Source of the DNA: a virus
Length of the DNA: 64,000 nt
Strand: one strand, 5' to 3'
IMG/VR virus record: IMGVR_UViG_3300045988_092303
Positions 43,274 through 51,768 of this stretch are shown here, piece after piece. The notes under the pieces are model-generated. The model saw nothing but the letters and a program-made list of their open reading frames with translations. It did not search any database and was not told the DNA's origin. The stretch's first letter is position 1, and every line of letters begins with the position of its first letter. The position numbers and the translations under genes were made by a program.

Positions 43274-43522
43274 ATGAAAGTGGATTTACTGGAGGATGCG
43301 TATATATGCATCAGCAAAGACGAGTATCTCGATTTGGTAGATCAGGAAACCAGAGTGAATGTTCTGGTTGATTTGATAGCTGCCGGATGTAAGCCGAGCG
43401 GAGAGGAAATACTTCGTATCCTTGGAACGGAACTGGCAATCGTAACCGCAAACGAATTAAGGGAGAAAAGAAATGGAACTGAAACTTTTGCGAATGAAGC
43501 TGAAAAACTTCACAAAATATAA
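43274..43522 (+). CDS. hypothetical protein
   Basis: 82-aa ORF overlapping the ATPase start. Confidence 0.4.
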   Translation: MKVDLLEDAYICISKDEYLDLVDQETRVNVLVDLIAAGCKPSGEEILRILGTELAIVTANELREKRNGTETFANEAEKLHKI

Positions 43523-45404
43523 CGAAAAAGAGATTGATTTCTCTAATATCACTAAAATTTCCGGCATGAACGGAGCTGGAAAGTCCAGCATTGCGACCGC
43601 ATATACTTGGGTACTGTTTGATTGCGACTACAATTTGAAAAGCAGTCCGGCAGTCCGTAGGGAAGTTGACGGGGAACCGGTAATGGATTCTGATGTAGAA
43701 GTAACACTGGTTTTTAACCTGGATGGGAAAGAAATTTCCATGCGGAAGGTACAGCACCGGACGATCAGCAAGGACGGAGCATCTTACAAAGATGATAATA
43801 AATATTTTATCAATGATGTTCCAAAGAAAAAAACAGAATTTGAATCATATCTTGGAATTGATATGGGTCTTTTGAAAAGTTGTTCCAATCCAGAGGCTTT
43901 TCTTACTAAAAAAGCAGATGAAATGAGAGCATATTTATTCTCATTGTCAAAAGAGTTTTCGGATTTATCCGTTTGCCGGGAAAATGAAGAACTTTCAGAA
44001 CTGGCAGAAAGGCTGAAAGATTACTATGTAGAAGAATTATCTGCAATGAACAAGAAAAAGAAATCAGACATCGAGAAAGAGCTTCCGGTTCTGGACGGAC
44101 AGATTAAGGAGAAAGAACGAGATATCAAGTTGAAATCTGACATTGATGTATCTGATCTGGAATTGCAGAGAAATACATTGAAAGAACAGATTGCAGAGAA
44201 TCTGAAAAAACAGGCTGACAGTCAGAACATTTTGAAAGATTATGAAGCTGCGACTGCCGGAATCATGGAGCTGAAATTCAAACTGTCAGATATGCAGAAT
44301 CAGGCAAATAATGTTCTGTCAGAAAAAGTCCGGAAGATCAGAAGTGAGATTGCAGAAAAAACAGCTGAAAGGCGGAAATTAGAAATTGAGTCTGACAATT
44401 ACAGCCGGAAAGTAGAAATTTTGAAAGATTCGATTAAAAGATTGACCGAAGATAAGCAGAAAATGGCTGAACTTTGGAAGCAGGAAAAAACCAGAGTTTT
44501 TGATGAAAGTAGTACCGTGTGCGTGTACTGCGGGCAGGAATATCCAGAGGACAAGAAAAAACAGCTCCGGTCAGAGTTCGCAGTGCGTAAAGAAGCTGAG
44601 TTAAAACGAATTACCGATAAAGGAATGTCGTTGAAAAAGACGATTGAAGAAGATGAACAGGAAGTCGAGAAACTGAATGATTCTTTGAAAGAGACAACTG
44701 AAGATATCAGAAATGTCGAAGAAGGAATTCGACTTCTCAAAGAAAAAGAAGCCAAAATTCCGGTCGCTGCGGATATTTCCGGCACTGAAGAATATAAGAA
44801 CATTCAGAAACAGATTTCGGAAAAAGAAAAATATCTGGAGCAGTTCAGCAATGTGGAAGAATTGAAAGTACAGCTTAAACAGGAAGAGATGGAACTGAAT
44901 GAGCAGCTGAGAGCTTGCGAACAGAAGATTGCACAGTCAGATACTTCCGCAGAAGAAGAACGGCTGGAAGAACTGAAATCCAAGAAACTTGACCTGGGGC
45001 AGAAAAAGACGGATGCAGAACATATCCTTGACCTTCTGGCAGAACTGGAAAAGAAGAAAAATGAGCTGCTTTCCGATGAAATCAACAGCAATTTTGGACT
45101 GGTTAAGTGGAAGTTGTTCGAGAATGCAAAGAACGGCAATTATAAGTCCGTATGCATTCCACAGATTGACGGAAAGTCTATTCTGACCACAATCAGCAAT
45201 AAGGGAAACCGGATTCTCGGAAAACTGGATATTTGCCGGAGCATCCAGAAAATCGAAGGAATTTCAGTTCCTATTTGGTTGGACGATTGCGAGTCGTTGG
45301 ACTCCGAAAACCAGAAAAAAGTTATTGATATGGTAGACGGGCAGTTGATTATGTTGATCGTAAATGATGGCAAAGAACTAAAAGTGGAGGGAGAAAATGA
45401 GTAG
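43473..45404 (+). CDS. Rad50/SbcC-like AAA ATPase with CxxC hook
   Basis: N-terminal LKNFTKY...ISGMNGAGKSS (Walker A), ~400-aa coiled coil with central VCVYCGQEY, C-terminal PIWLDDCESLD (Walker B/D-loop). Confidence 0.7.
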   Translation: MELKLLRMKLKNFTKYNEKEIDFSNITKISGMNGAGKSSIATAYTWVLFDCDYNLKSSPAVRREVDGEPVMDSDVEVTLVFNLDGKEISMRKVQHRTISKDGASYKDDNKYFINDVPKKKTEFESYLGIDMGLLKSCSNPEAFLTKKADEMRAYLFSLSKEFSDLSVCRENEELSELAERLKDYYVEELSAMNKKKKSDIEKELPVLDGQIKEKERDIKLKSDIDVSDLELQRNTLKEQIAENLKKQADSQNILKDYEAATAGIMELKFKLSDMQNQANNVLSEKVRKIRSEIAEKTAERRKLEIESDNYSRKVEILKDSIKRLTEDKQKMAELWKQEKTRVFDESSTVCVYCGQEYPEDKKKQLRSEFAVRKEAELKRITDKGMSLKKTIEEDEQEVEKLNDSLKETTEDIRNVEEGIRLLKEKEAKIPVAADISGTEEYKNIQKQISEKEKYLEQFSNVEELKVQLKQEEMELNEQLRACEQKIAQSDTSAEEERLEELKSKKLDLGQKKTDAEHILDLLAELEKKKNELLSDEINSNFGLVKWKLFENAKNGNYKSVCIPQIDGKSILTTISNKGNRILGKLDICRSIQKIEGISVPIWLDDCESLDSENQKKVIDMVDGQLIMLIVNDGKELKVEGENE

Positions 45405-45996
45405 AGCATTGGATATGGCAAGAGAACTGGTTAAGAAGCTGGAAGAAGAGGAAGAGCAGTCAAAAGTGCAGCTTTCGACTTTGAATCCGGGAGAAATTTT
45501 CAAAATTGGGGAATACGACTTTGTGGTTTTGAAGCAACATGAGGAAACAACAGAAGTGATCTCCAAAGGATTCATGGCGGGAAATGTAAAGTTTGATGAT
45601 GATTCAAAGGACTACAGTAAATCAAACCTTAGAAAAGTTATTGAGACAAAAATTCAGCCAGCTATTGAGGCGGAAGTAGGAGAGGAAAACCTTGTTGAAA
45701 CTGTTGCGGACCCGAAATCTGTAGATTCACAGTATGAATTTACCGGATGCAAGTGCAAAGTTAGACCGATTACGTTTGATGAGGCAAGGATGTACAACAA
45801 TTTGCTGGTTAATAAAGATCTTAACGATTGGTGGTGGACATGCACACCTTGGAGCACAGAAGACAGAGGATGGAAATATTCTATGACCGTTGTTTCTCCG
45901 GCCAGCGGTATCGGCAGCCGCATTTGCAACTACGGCAACGGTGTTCGTCCGTTTTGCATCTTAAAATCTAATATCTTTGTATCGAAAGGGGAATGA
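45397..45996 (+). CDS. DUF6273-like protein, paralog 1
   Basis: GEIFKIGEYDFVVLK...SNLRKVIE...WWWTCTPWS...GVRPFCILK pattern. Confidence 0.55.
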   Translation: MSRALDMARELVKKLEEEEEQSKVQLSTLNPGEIFKIGEYDFVVLKQHEETTEVISKGFMAGNVKFDDDSKDYSKSNLRKVIETKIQPAIEAEVGEENLVETVADPKSVDSQYEFTGCKCKVRPITFDEARMYNNLLVNKDLNDWWWTCTPWSTEDRGWKYSMTVVSPASGIGSRICNYGNGVRPFCILKSNIFVSKGE

Positions 45997-46613
45997 AAAT
46001 GGCATTGACAATGAAAGCATTGCAGGAACAGATTGATGTGTTAAAAAAAGAAATGGAAGAGCTGAGAAGTGGACAGAAAGTAGAATGCAACAAGAGATTT
46101 TCTAAATGTCTTACCATTGGCGACACATTTGAACTGGCAGAAGTTAATTGGAAGATTATTGACATCACAAGTGACGGTTATGTTTGCCTGGCTGATTCTA
46201 TCGGTAACATGGAATTTGACTCTAAAAATAATGACTGGAGAACCAGCGATCTTCGGAAGTATTTGAATGAAGAATTTTTGAAAAAGATGGAATCAGAAAT
46301 CGGGACAGGTAATCTGATCGAATTTGAAAGAAATCTTCTTTCATTGGACGGTCAGACGGAGTACGGAACATGTGATGATAAAGTGTCACTTTTGACAGTG
46401 GACGAGTATCGAAAATACAGAAAGTTGATTCCAAATACAGGCGATTGGTTCTGGTTGATTTCTCCGTGGAGTACGCCTTGCAATGATTTCAAAAGCAGTG
46501 TTGTCGTTGTTTCTCCGTCCTGCTTTATCAGCCGCAGCTATTGCTATGACGGCGGCGGTGTTCGCCCATTCTGTATCTTTTCTTCTGCAATCTTTGAACC
46601 AGAGGAAAAATAA
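45993..46613 (+). CDS. DUF6273-like protein, paralog 2
   Basis: GDTFELAEVNWKIID...SDLRKYLNEEF...FWLISPWS...GVRPFCIFS. Confidence 0.55.
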   Translation: MKMALTMKALQEQIDVLKKEMEELRSGQKVECNKRFSKCLTIGDTFELAEVNWKIIDITSDGYVCLADSIGNMEFDSKNNDWRTSDLRKYLNEEFLKKMESEIGTGNLIEFERNLLSLDGQTEYGTCDDKVSLLTVDEYRKYRKLIPNTGDWFWLISPWSTPCNDFKSSVVVVSPSCFISRSYCYDGGGVRPFCIFSSAIFEPEEK

Positions 46614-46700
46614 ATGGCGGAAACAGAACTGAAAGTAATTCTGAAAGCAAAAGATCTGGCAGAGCATACTTTGCAGGAGGTGATTAGGTACGGGAAATAG
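46614..46700 (+). CDS. 28-aa ORF, possibly the N-terminal remnant of a four-helix-bundle protein
   Basis: MAETELKVILKAKDLAEHTLQEVIRYGK then TAG; resembles the start of Avd-like four-helix proteins. Confidence 0.3.
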   Translation: MAETELKVILKAKDLAEHTLQEVIRYGK

Positions 46701-47154
46701 ATTTAATAAAAAACACGGATTTTCTGACTCAAGGTTATATCGTATATACAACAATATTAAAAGTAGATGTTATAAAATGTATGCGAAAGAATATGAAAAT
46801 TATGGTGGAAGAGGAATTGGAATGTGTGATCAATGGCTAGGAGAAAATGGATTTGTAAAATTTTTAGATTGGGCATTGAAAAACGGATATTCGGAAGAAT
46901 TAACTATTGACAGAATTGATAATAATGGAAACTATTGTCCAGAAAATTGTAGATGGGTAACTAGTTTGGTTCAAAACAATAATAGCAGACATGCGAAATT
47001 TATTGAGTATAACGGAAAGAAAAAAAGCATATCTGAATGGGCTAGAATTATAGGGATTTCCAGAGATTCGTTAGCAAAGAGATTACATATGGGATGGAGC
47101 ATTGATAAGGCATTGAGTACGCCTATTGATAAAAGATATTCAAGAAAATGCTAA
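46684..47154 (+). CDS. HNH-like homing-endonuclease-family protein, paralog 2 (conserved N-terminus lies upstream of the first ATG)
   Basis: Track ORF starts at ATG 46777, but the in-frame upstream sequence encodes the family motif KKHGFSDSRLYRIYNNIKSRCY with no ATG/GTG/TTG. Core IDRIDNNGNYCPENCRWVT and C-terminal HTH. Confidence 0.55.
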   Translation, partial: LGTGNRFNKKHGFSDSRLYRIYNNIKSRCYKMYAKEYENYGGRGIGMCDQWLGENGFVKFLDWALKNGYSEELTIDRIDNNGNYCPENCRWVTSLVQNNNSRHAKFIEYNGKKKSISEWARIIGISRDSLAKRLHMGWSIDKALSTPIDKRYSRKC

Positions 47155-47206
47155 TGTTATATTCGATGGATTTATATGTAAAAGAATTATTGGAGGAAAA
47201 GTAATT

Positions 47207-47944
47207 ATGGCAGATACACAGGTAGCAGTAACAGAGGAAAAGAAAGAAGTATCAAGAAATAAAGTGACGGATTACAGTCTTGGAATTTTTGGAACGTCAG
47301 ATAACTTCATTATGGCTATGCAGATGGCAAAAGCATTGTCAAGTTCAACGATAGTGCCACAAACGTTCCAGAGAAACGAAGCGAATTGTCTGATTGCCAT
47401 TGAGCAGGCACAGAGATTGCACGTAAGTCCGCTTATGGTAATGCAGAATCTCAATGTGATTCAGGGAAGACCGTCATGGAGTTCCAAGTTTTTGATTGCT
47501 GCGATCAATAACAGCGGAAAATTCGATACGGAATTACAGTTCGAGGAGAAGAAGGACAAGGATGGAAAGCCATTTTCTTGCACAGCATGGGTAATGAAGA
47601 ATGGTAGAAAAGTTGAAGGAATGACGGTTGACATGGACATGGCGAGAGCAGAGGGATGGCTTGGAAAAAACGGAAGTAAATGGAAAACCATGCCACAGCT
47701 GATGCTTCGTTACAGAGCGGCATCTTTCTTTTCCAGTCTTAATTGCCCGGAACTGACTATGGGTCTGTACACAAAAGAAGAGATTATTGACGGTGATTTC
47801 AAAGAATACAAGATTGAAGATGTACAGGAGCAGGCTCATGAAGAGATCGTTCAGAATGCAAATTCTATGGATTTTGAACCGGAAGAAACTGCTGGAACAG
47901 TGACAGAGCCAGACGGGCAGCAGGCAATGCCGGAGTTTATGTAG
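47207..47944 (+). CDS. recT: RecT-family single-strand annealing protein
   Basis: GGAGG RBS then ATG 47207. TIVPQTFQRNEANCLIAIEQAQRLHVSPLMVMQNLNVIQGRPSW...WKTMPQLMLRYRAASFF. Confidence 0.8.
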   Translation: MADTQVAVTEEKKEVSRNKVTDYSLGIFGTSDNFIMAMQMAKALSSSTIVPQTFQRNEANCLIAIEQAQRLHVSPLMVMQNLNVIQGRPSWSSKFLIAAINNSGKFDTELQFEEKKDKDGKPFSCTAWVMKNGRKVEGMTVDMDMARAEGWLGKNGSKWKTMPQLMLRYRAASFFSSLNCPELTMGLYTKEEIIDGDFKEYKIEDVQEQAHEEIVQNANSMDFEPEETAGTVTEPDGQQAMPEFM

Positions 47945-48037
47945 GAGGGATAGAACGCATCACCACGACTGGATTAAAGTTTGCAAGCACCATAAATTGG
48001 GATATGAATGCAAAATATGTTGGAGGTTTTGGAGATC

Positions 48038-48292
48038 ATGAATAAAACAGTTCAATTTAATATAAGAGTAACAATGAGCGAAAGATGGGTTAATAATTTT
48101 TGTTCGATGTTGCATTGGATGGAAAGTTGTGGAAAGTTAGGTCATTCGTCCATGATTGAATTTTATTCTGATGGTGATGGAGATTTTAGACCTACGTTTG
48201 AATTTGATAGAGAATATGAGAAAACAGAAGGCAGATGGAAAACAGCACATAGTCAATTGCCAGATGCCGAAGTGCTTTTTGATGCAGGTTAA
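48038..48292 (+). CDS. hypothetical protein
   Basis: GGAGG RBS then ATG 48038. Confidence 0.4.
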   Translation: MNKTVQFNIRVTMSERWVNNFCSMLHWMESCGKLGHSSMIEFYSDGDGDFRPTFEFDREYEKTEGRWKTAHSQLPDAEVLFDAG

Positions 48293-48309
48293 GACTTGGA
48301 GGAGTAGTT

Positions 48310-48585
48310 ATGAGAGTAATTTCACAGGATGGAACGGATGATATTCCATATGAAAATTTTACATTTTCGATAACTGTAGATAATTGCATAATCGCAAGCA
48401 AAAATTTAGCAGCAAGTCCGCAAGAACTTTTTTGCGGAAGAATTGCAGAATATTCGTCCAGAGAAAAAGCACTGAAAGCCATGGAAATGCTGAGAAAAAC
48501 ATGGTTAGGAGAAAGCGTAGAGTTTGAAAACGGATTTTACCGAAAAAATTGCGTTTTCCAATTTCCGGCAGATGATGAGGTGTAA
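48310..48585 (+). CDS. hypothetical protein
   Basis: 91-aa ORF with GGAGGAG RBS. Confidence 0.4.
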   Translation: MRVISQDGTDDIPYENFTFSITVDNCIIASKNLAASPQELFCGRIAEYSSREKALKAMEMLRKTWLGESVEFENGFYRKNCVFQFPADDEV

Positions 48586-48591
48586 ATACGA

Positions 48592-49167
48592 ATGGATGAA
48601 GAGTGGAAATGGGTAAATGGCTTTTCCGGAATATACCAAATATCGAATTTTGGAAGATTGAAAAGTTTCAAAAGATGCTCCGACGGATATATTCTTTCTG
48701 AGAGAAATGAAAAAGGAGGGTATTTTAGCGTTGTTCTTCGTGATTCTATTCAAAATAAGAGACGTAGTGTAAGGATTCATGTATTGGTGGCGGAGACATT
48801 TATCGGAGAAATCCCTAAAGGTTACCATGTTCATCATAAAGACGACAACAAACAAAACAATATTGTTACTAATCTTGAAATCATACATCCAAAGAAACAC
48901 CGAAAGGAAACGCTAAAGAAACACCCTCAAATAAATGTAGGCATTGCAAATTACAATAGGTTTGAAAAGACGAAACATATTTTACAGTATGATTCAGACG
49001 GAAATTTTATTGCAGAATATGCAAATGGACGAATTGCGAGTGAACTTACAGGAATTTGTCAAAGAAATATATTGCAAGTGGCAAATGAGGAAGAATATAA
49101 GCCTGGAAAGGTAAGAAAACAAGCTGGAGGTTATGTGTGGAAGTTAAAGGAAAGCGAGGTGATTTAA
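48592..49167 (+). CDS. HNH homing endonuclease (NUMOD4 + HNH_3)
   Basis: WKWVNGFSGIYQISNFGRLKS (NUMOD4-like), GYHVHHKDDNKQNNIVTNLEI (HNH), C-terminal IENR-like HTH. Confidence 0.85.
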   Translation: MDEEWKWVNGFSGIYQISNFGRLKSFKRCSDGYILSERNEKGGYFSVVLRDSIQNKRRSVRIHVLVAETFIGEIPKGYHVHHKDDNKQNNIVTNLEIIHPKKHRKETLKKHPQINVGIANYNRFEKTKHILQYDSDGNFIAEYANGRIASELTGICQRNILQVANEEEYKPGKVRKQAGGYVWKLKESEVI

Positions 49168-49894
49168 TGCTCAAATTGCTATGCTGCGGAACTGGAAGTT
49201 CGGGAAATTCATATGCGCTTAGGACGAATACAGAAACGCTTCTGCTTGATGCAGGAATGCCGATTAAGGATATCAAGAGAATGTGCGGATGGAATATCAG
49301 AGACATTTCCGGCTGTGTTGTAACTCATGAGCATGGTTAGGAGACCATAGCAAATCACTGAAAGAATTAGAAGCAATGGGAATACCTGTATTTGCTCCGT
49401 ATAGACATGATACCGGTGTGAAATTCAAAGGCAGATGGAAAATCAGATCATTTGATTTGACCGATTTAAACGGCAAGTGGACTCATACGAACGGAGATGG
49501 CTCCGAATGCCCGTGTTACGGATTTTTGATTCGTCACCCAGAGATGGGGACAATGATTTATGCAACTGACACAGAACTGATTAAGTGGCGGTTCAAAAAT
49601 GTAAATCACATTCTACTTGGTGTTAATTATGACCCGGAATTGTTATCCGGTGACGATGCAAAGAAAAACCATGTTATCCGCGGTCATATGAGCATTGATA
49701 CGGCTTGCGACTTTGTAAAAGCCAATGTGTCAGATCAGTTGCAAAACGTGATTATGTGCCATTTATCAAAAGAAAATGCTGATAGTGATAGTTTTATCGA
49801 GAAGATGAAAAAAGTTGCTTATGGGGCGAATGTAGATGTTGCGGTTGCAGGGAAAAGTTGGGATTTGAAAAATCCTAGTGAGTGTCCGTTTTAG
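49167..49894 (+). pseudogene. MBL-fold hydrolase/nuclease gene interrupted by 5 nt inside the HxHxDH motif (pseudogene or recoded)
   Basis: MLKLLCCGTGSSGNSY...VVTHEHG-TAG at 49338. Frame +2 continues DHSKSLKELEAMGIPVF... to 49894. Removing 5 nt restores THEHGDH. Confidence 0.7.
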
Positions 49895-49906
49895 AAAGGA
49901 GATTAT

Positions 49907-50062
49907 ATGGCTAAATACAAAGATATTTTAGGAAATATAAGAGAGTGTGAGGATAAAACAATAACAATCAGCCTTGAAAGATACAATACTTTGATTATTA
50001 AAGAAGCTATTACTGATGGCTTTGTAGAACTCAAGGAAATAGAGGGAAAAAAGAATGATTAA
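49907..50062 (+). CDS. small hypothetical protein (51 aa)
   Basis: AAAGGAG RBS; below the track cutoff. Confidence 0.35.
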   Translation: MAKYKDILGNIRECEDKTITISLERYNTLIIKEAITDGFVELKEIEGKKND

Positions 50063-50209
50063 AGGCAGAAAAGTCTATGACCCATTAACTGATACTTGGA
50101 GCACAGGTTATTGGGTTGCGGATGATAAAGGGAATTATTACCCAATATGGTAGAAGAATATCCAAATTCAGAATATGAAATGGTGATTAGAAGAAAGGCG
50201 GAATGACTT

Positions 50210-50647
50210 ATCAATAAAGTAATTTTAACAGGTAGATTCGTGAAAGACCCTGACGTTAGATACTCAAACGGAGAGAAAACAACTGCGGTTGCGAGATTTA
50301 CTCTGGCAGTAGAACGAAGATTCAAAGGTGATGGAAACCCGACAGCTGATTTTATCAACTGTGTAGCATTCGGAAAATCCGGGGAGTTTATCGAAAAATA
50401 CTTCCGTAAAGGCATGAGGGCTAATATTTGCGGACGGATTCAGACCGGTTCCTATACGAACAAGGACGGGAACAAGGTCTACACCACGGATGTTCTGGTG
50501 GAAGAAATTGAGTTTGGAGAAAGTAAAAACAGCAATCAGCAGAGTGCAGCTCCGGCTAATCCGAATAATGAAGTTAATCCAATGACAGATGAAAATGGTT
50601 TCATGAACATACCAGATGGAATTGACGAAGAGTTACCGTTTGCTTGA
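50210..50647 (+). CDS. ssb: single-stranded DNA-binding protein
   Basis: INKVILTGRFVKDPDVRYS...ARFTLAV...FINCVAFGK OB fold and acidic tail DEELPF. The OB fold begins upstream of track start 50240. No canonical in-frame start (ATC 50210 candidate). Confidence 0.85.
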   Translation: MNKVILTGRFVKDPDVRYSNGEKTTAVARFTLAVERRFKGDGNPTADFINCVAFGKSGEFIEKYFRKGMRANICGRIQTGSYTNKDGNKVYTTDVLVEEIEFGESKNSNQQSAAPANPNNEVNPMTDENGFMNIPDGIDEELPFA

Positions 50648-50663
50648 TAGAGAGGGTGAGAAA

Positions 50664-51356
50664 ATGAAAAAATTTGAACTTACAGCAGAATATGTGACCA
50701 ATATTTTTGGAAAGAAATTATTTAGAATTAAGGCTCTTGTGGAATTTGGAAATGTGAAAGAAGGAGAATTGGGAGGATTCATAGAGAAAGAATCTAACCT
50801 CGCTAATAGCGGTAATGCATGGGTCTACGGTGATGCACAGGTCTGCGGTAATGCACGGGTCTACGGTAATGCATGGGTCTGCGGTAATGCACGGGTCTAC
50901 GGTAATGCACGGGTCTACGGTGATGCACAGGTCTACGGTAATGCACGGGTCTACGGTGAAGCACGGGTCTACGGTGAAGCATGGGTCTGCGGTAATGCAC
51001 GGGTCTGCGGTAATGCACGGGTCTGCGGTGAAGCACGGGTCTACGGTGAAGCATGGGTCTGCGGTAATGCACGGGTCTACGGTGAAGCATGGGTCTGCGG
51101 TAATGCACGGGTCTACGGTGATCTGGATTATGCAATTGTTGGAGGTTTTGGAAGTGAGCAGCGGACAACTACATTTTTCCGGCAGAAGGACGGAACAGTA
51201 GGAGTGAGGTGCGGATGCTTTTACGGAACACTGGAAGAATTCAGGGGAAAAGTTAAGAAAACGCACAAAGACAGCAAATACGGACAGGAATACCTGATGA
51301 TTGCAGATCTGATGGAATTACATTTTGCAGGAGGAAAAGAAGATGATGAACGATAA
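50664..51356 (+). CDS. hexapeptide-repeat (beta-helix-like) protein
   Basis: ATG 50664. 17 tandem G-[NDE]-A-[RWQ]-V-[YC] units flanked by unique N- and C-terminal domains. Confidence 0.6.
   Translation: MKKFELTAEYVTNIFGKKLFRIKALVEFGNVKEGELGGFIEKESNLANSGNAWVYGDAQVCGNARVYGNAWVCGNARVYGNARVYGDAQVYGNARVYGEARVYGEAWVCGNARVCGNARVCGEARVYGEAWVCGNARVYGEAWVCGNARVYGDLDYAIVGGFGSEQRTTTFFRQKDGTVGVRCGCFYGTLEEFRGKVKKTHKDSKYGQEYLMIADLMELHFAGGKEDDER
50810..51120. repeat. 17 tandem 18-bp repeats (GGTAATGCACGGGTCTAC consensus)
   Basis: Direct reading. All six frames are open across the array, producing spurious ORFs on both strands. Confidence 0.9.
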
Positions 51357-51591
51357 TGTGGCAGTTAAAGCGAGCGATGAAGTAAACCTTGCCGAGGTAG
51401 TGGTGAATACAGGAGAGATTCTGACTGTAGTTGAAAACCTTGTGTGTGAGATCGGCAGAAAACTGTATGGATACGATATGACTCAGAAGAACGATGAACA
51501 GGTGAACTGCATGGAGCAGGCACTTGTTAGCAATCGAGAGAGATTAGCCGAAATCCGCAATAAGTTGGAGGTTATCTGCAGGAGGCTGTGA
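51343..51591 (+). CDS. hypothetical protein
   Basis: GGAGG RBS 8 nt before ATG 51343. Confidence 0.4.
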   Translation: MMNDNVAVKASDEVNLAEVVVNTGEILTVVENLVCEIGRKLYGYDMTQKNDEQVNCMEQALVSNRERLAEIRNKLEVICRRL

Positions 51592-51592
51592 T

Positions 51593-51766
51593 ATGGCAAT
51601 GATTAAGACAAGCCTGAAGGTGTGCCGGAGCTGCAAATACGGCTTATACAATGGCACGAACGGCGGAGTGAGTTGCAGTTATATCTTGAAAACGTTACAT
51701 AGCCGAAACTGTCCGGTATGGCAGTGCGACAAATATGAGGCGAAGAGAAGGAAAAGAAAGGAATAA
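51593..51766 (+). CDS. small Cys-rich protein (57 aa)
   Basis: CRSC...CSY...CPVWQC; below the track cutoff. Confidence 0.35.
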   Translation: MAMIKTSLKVCRSCKYGLYNGTNGGVSCSYILKTLHSRNCPVWQCDKYEAKRRKRKE

Positions 51767-51768
51767 AA

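Noticed and set aside
50718-51266. Overlapping ORFs (two minus, one plus) over the 18-bp repeat array
   Set aside because: The repeat unit contains no stop in any frame. Only the frame entered from ATG 50664 has unique flanking domains and an RBS.
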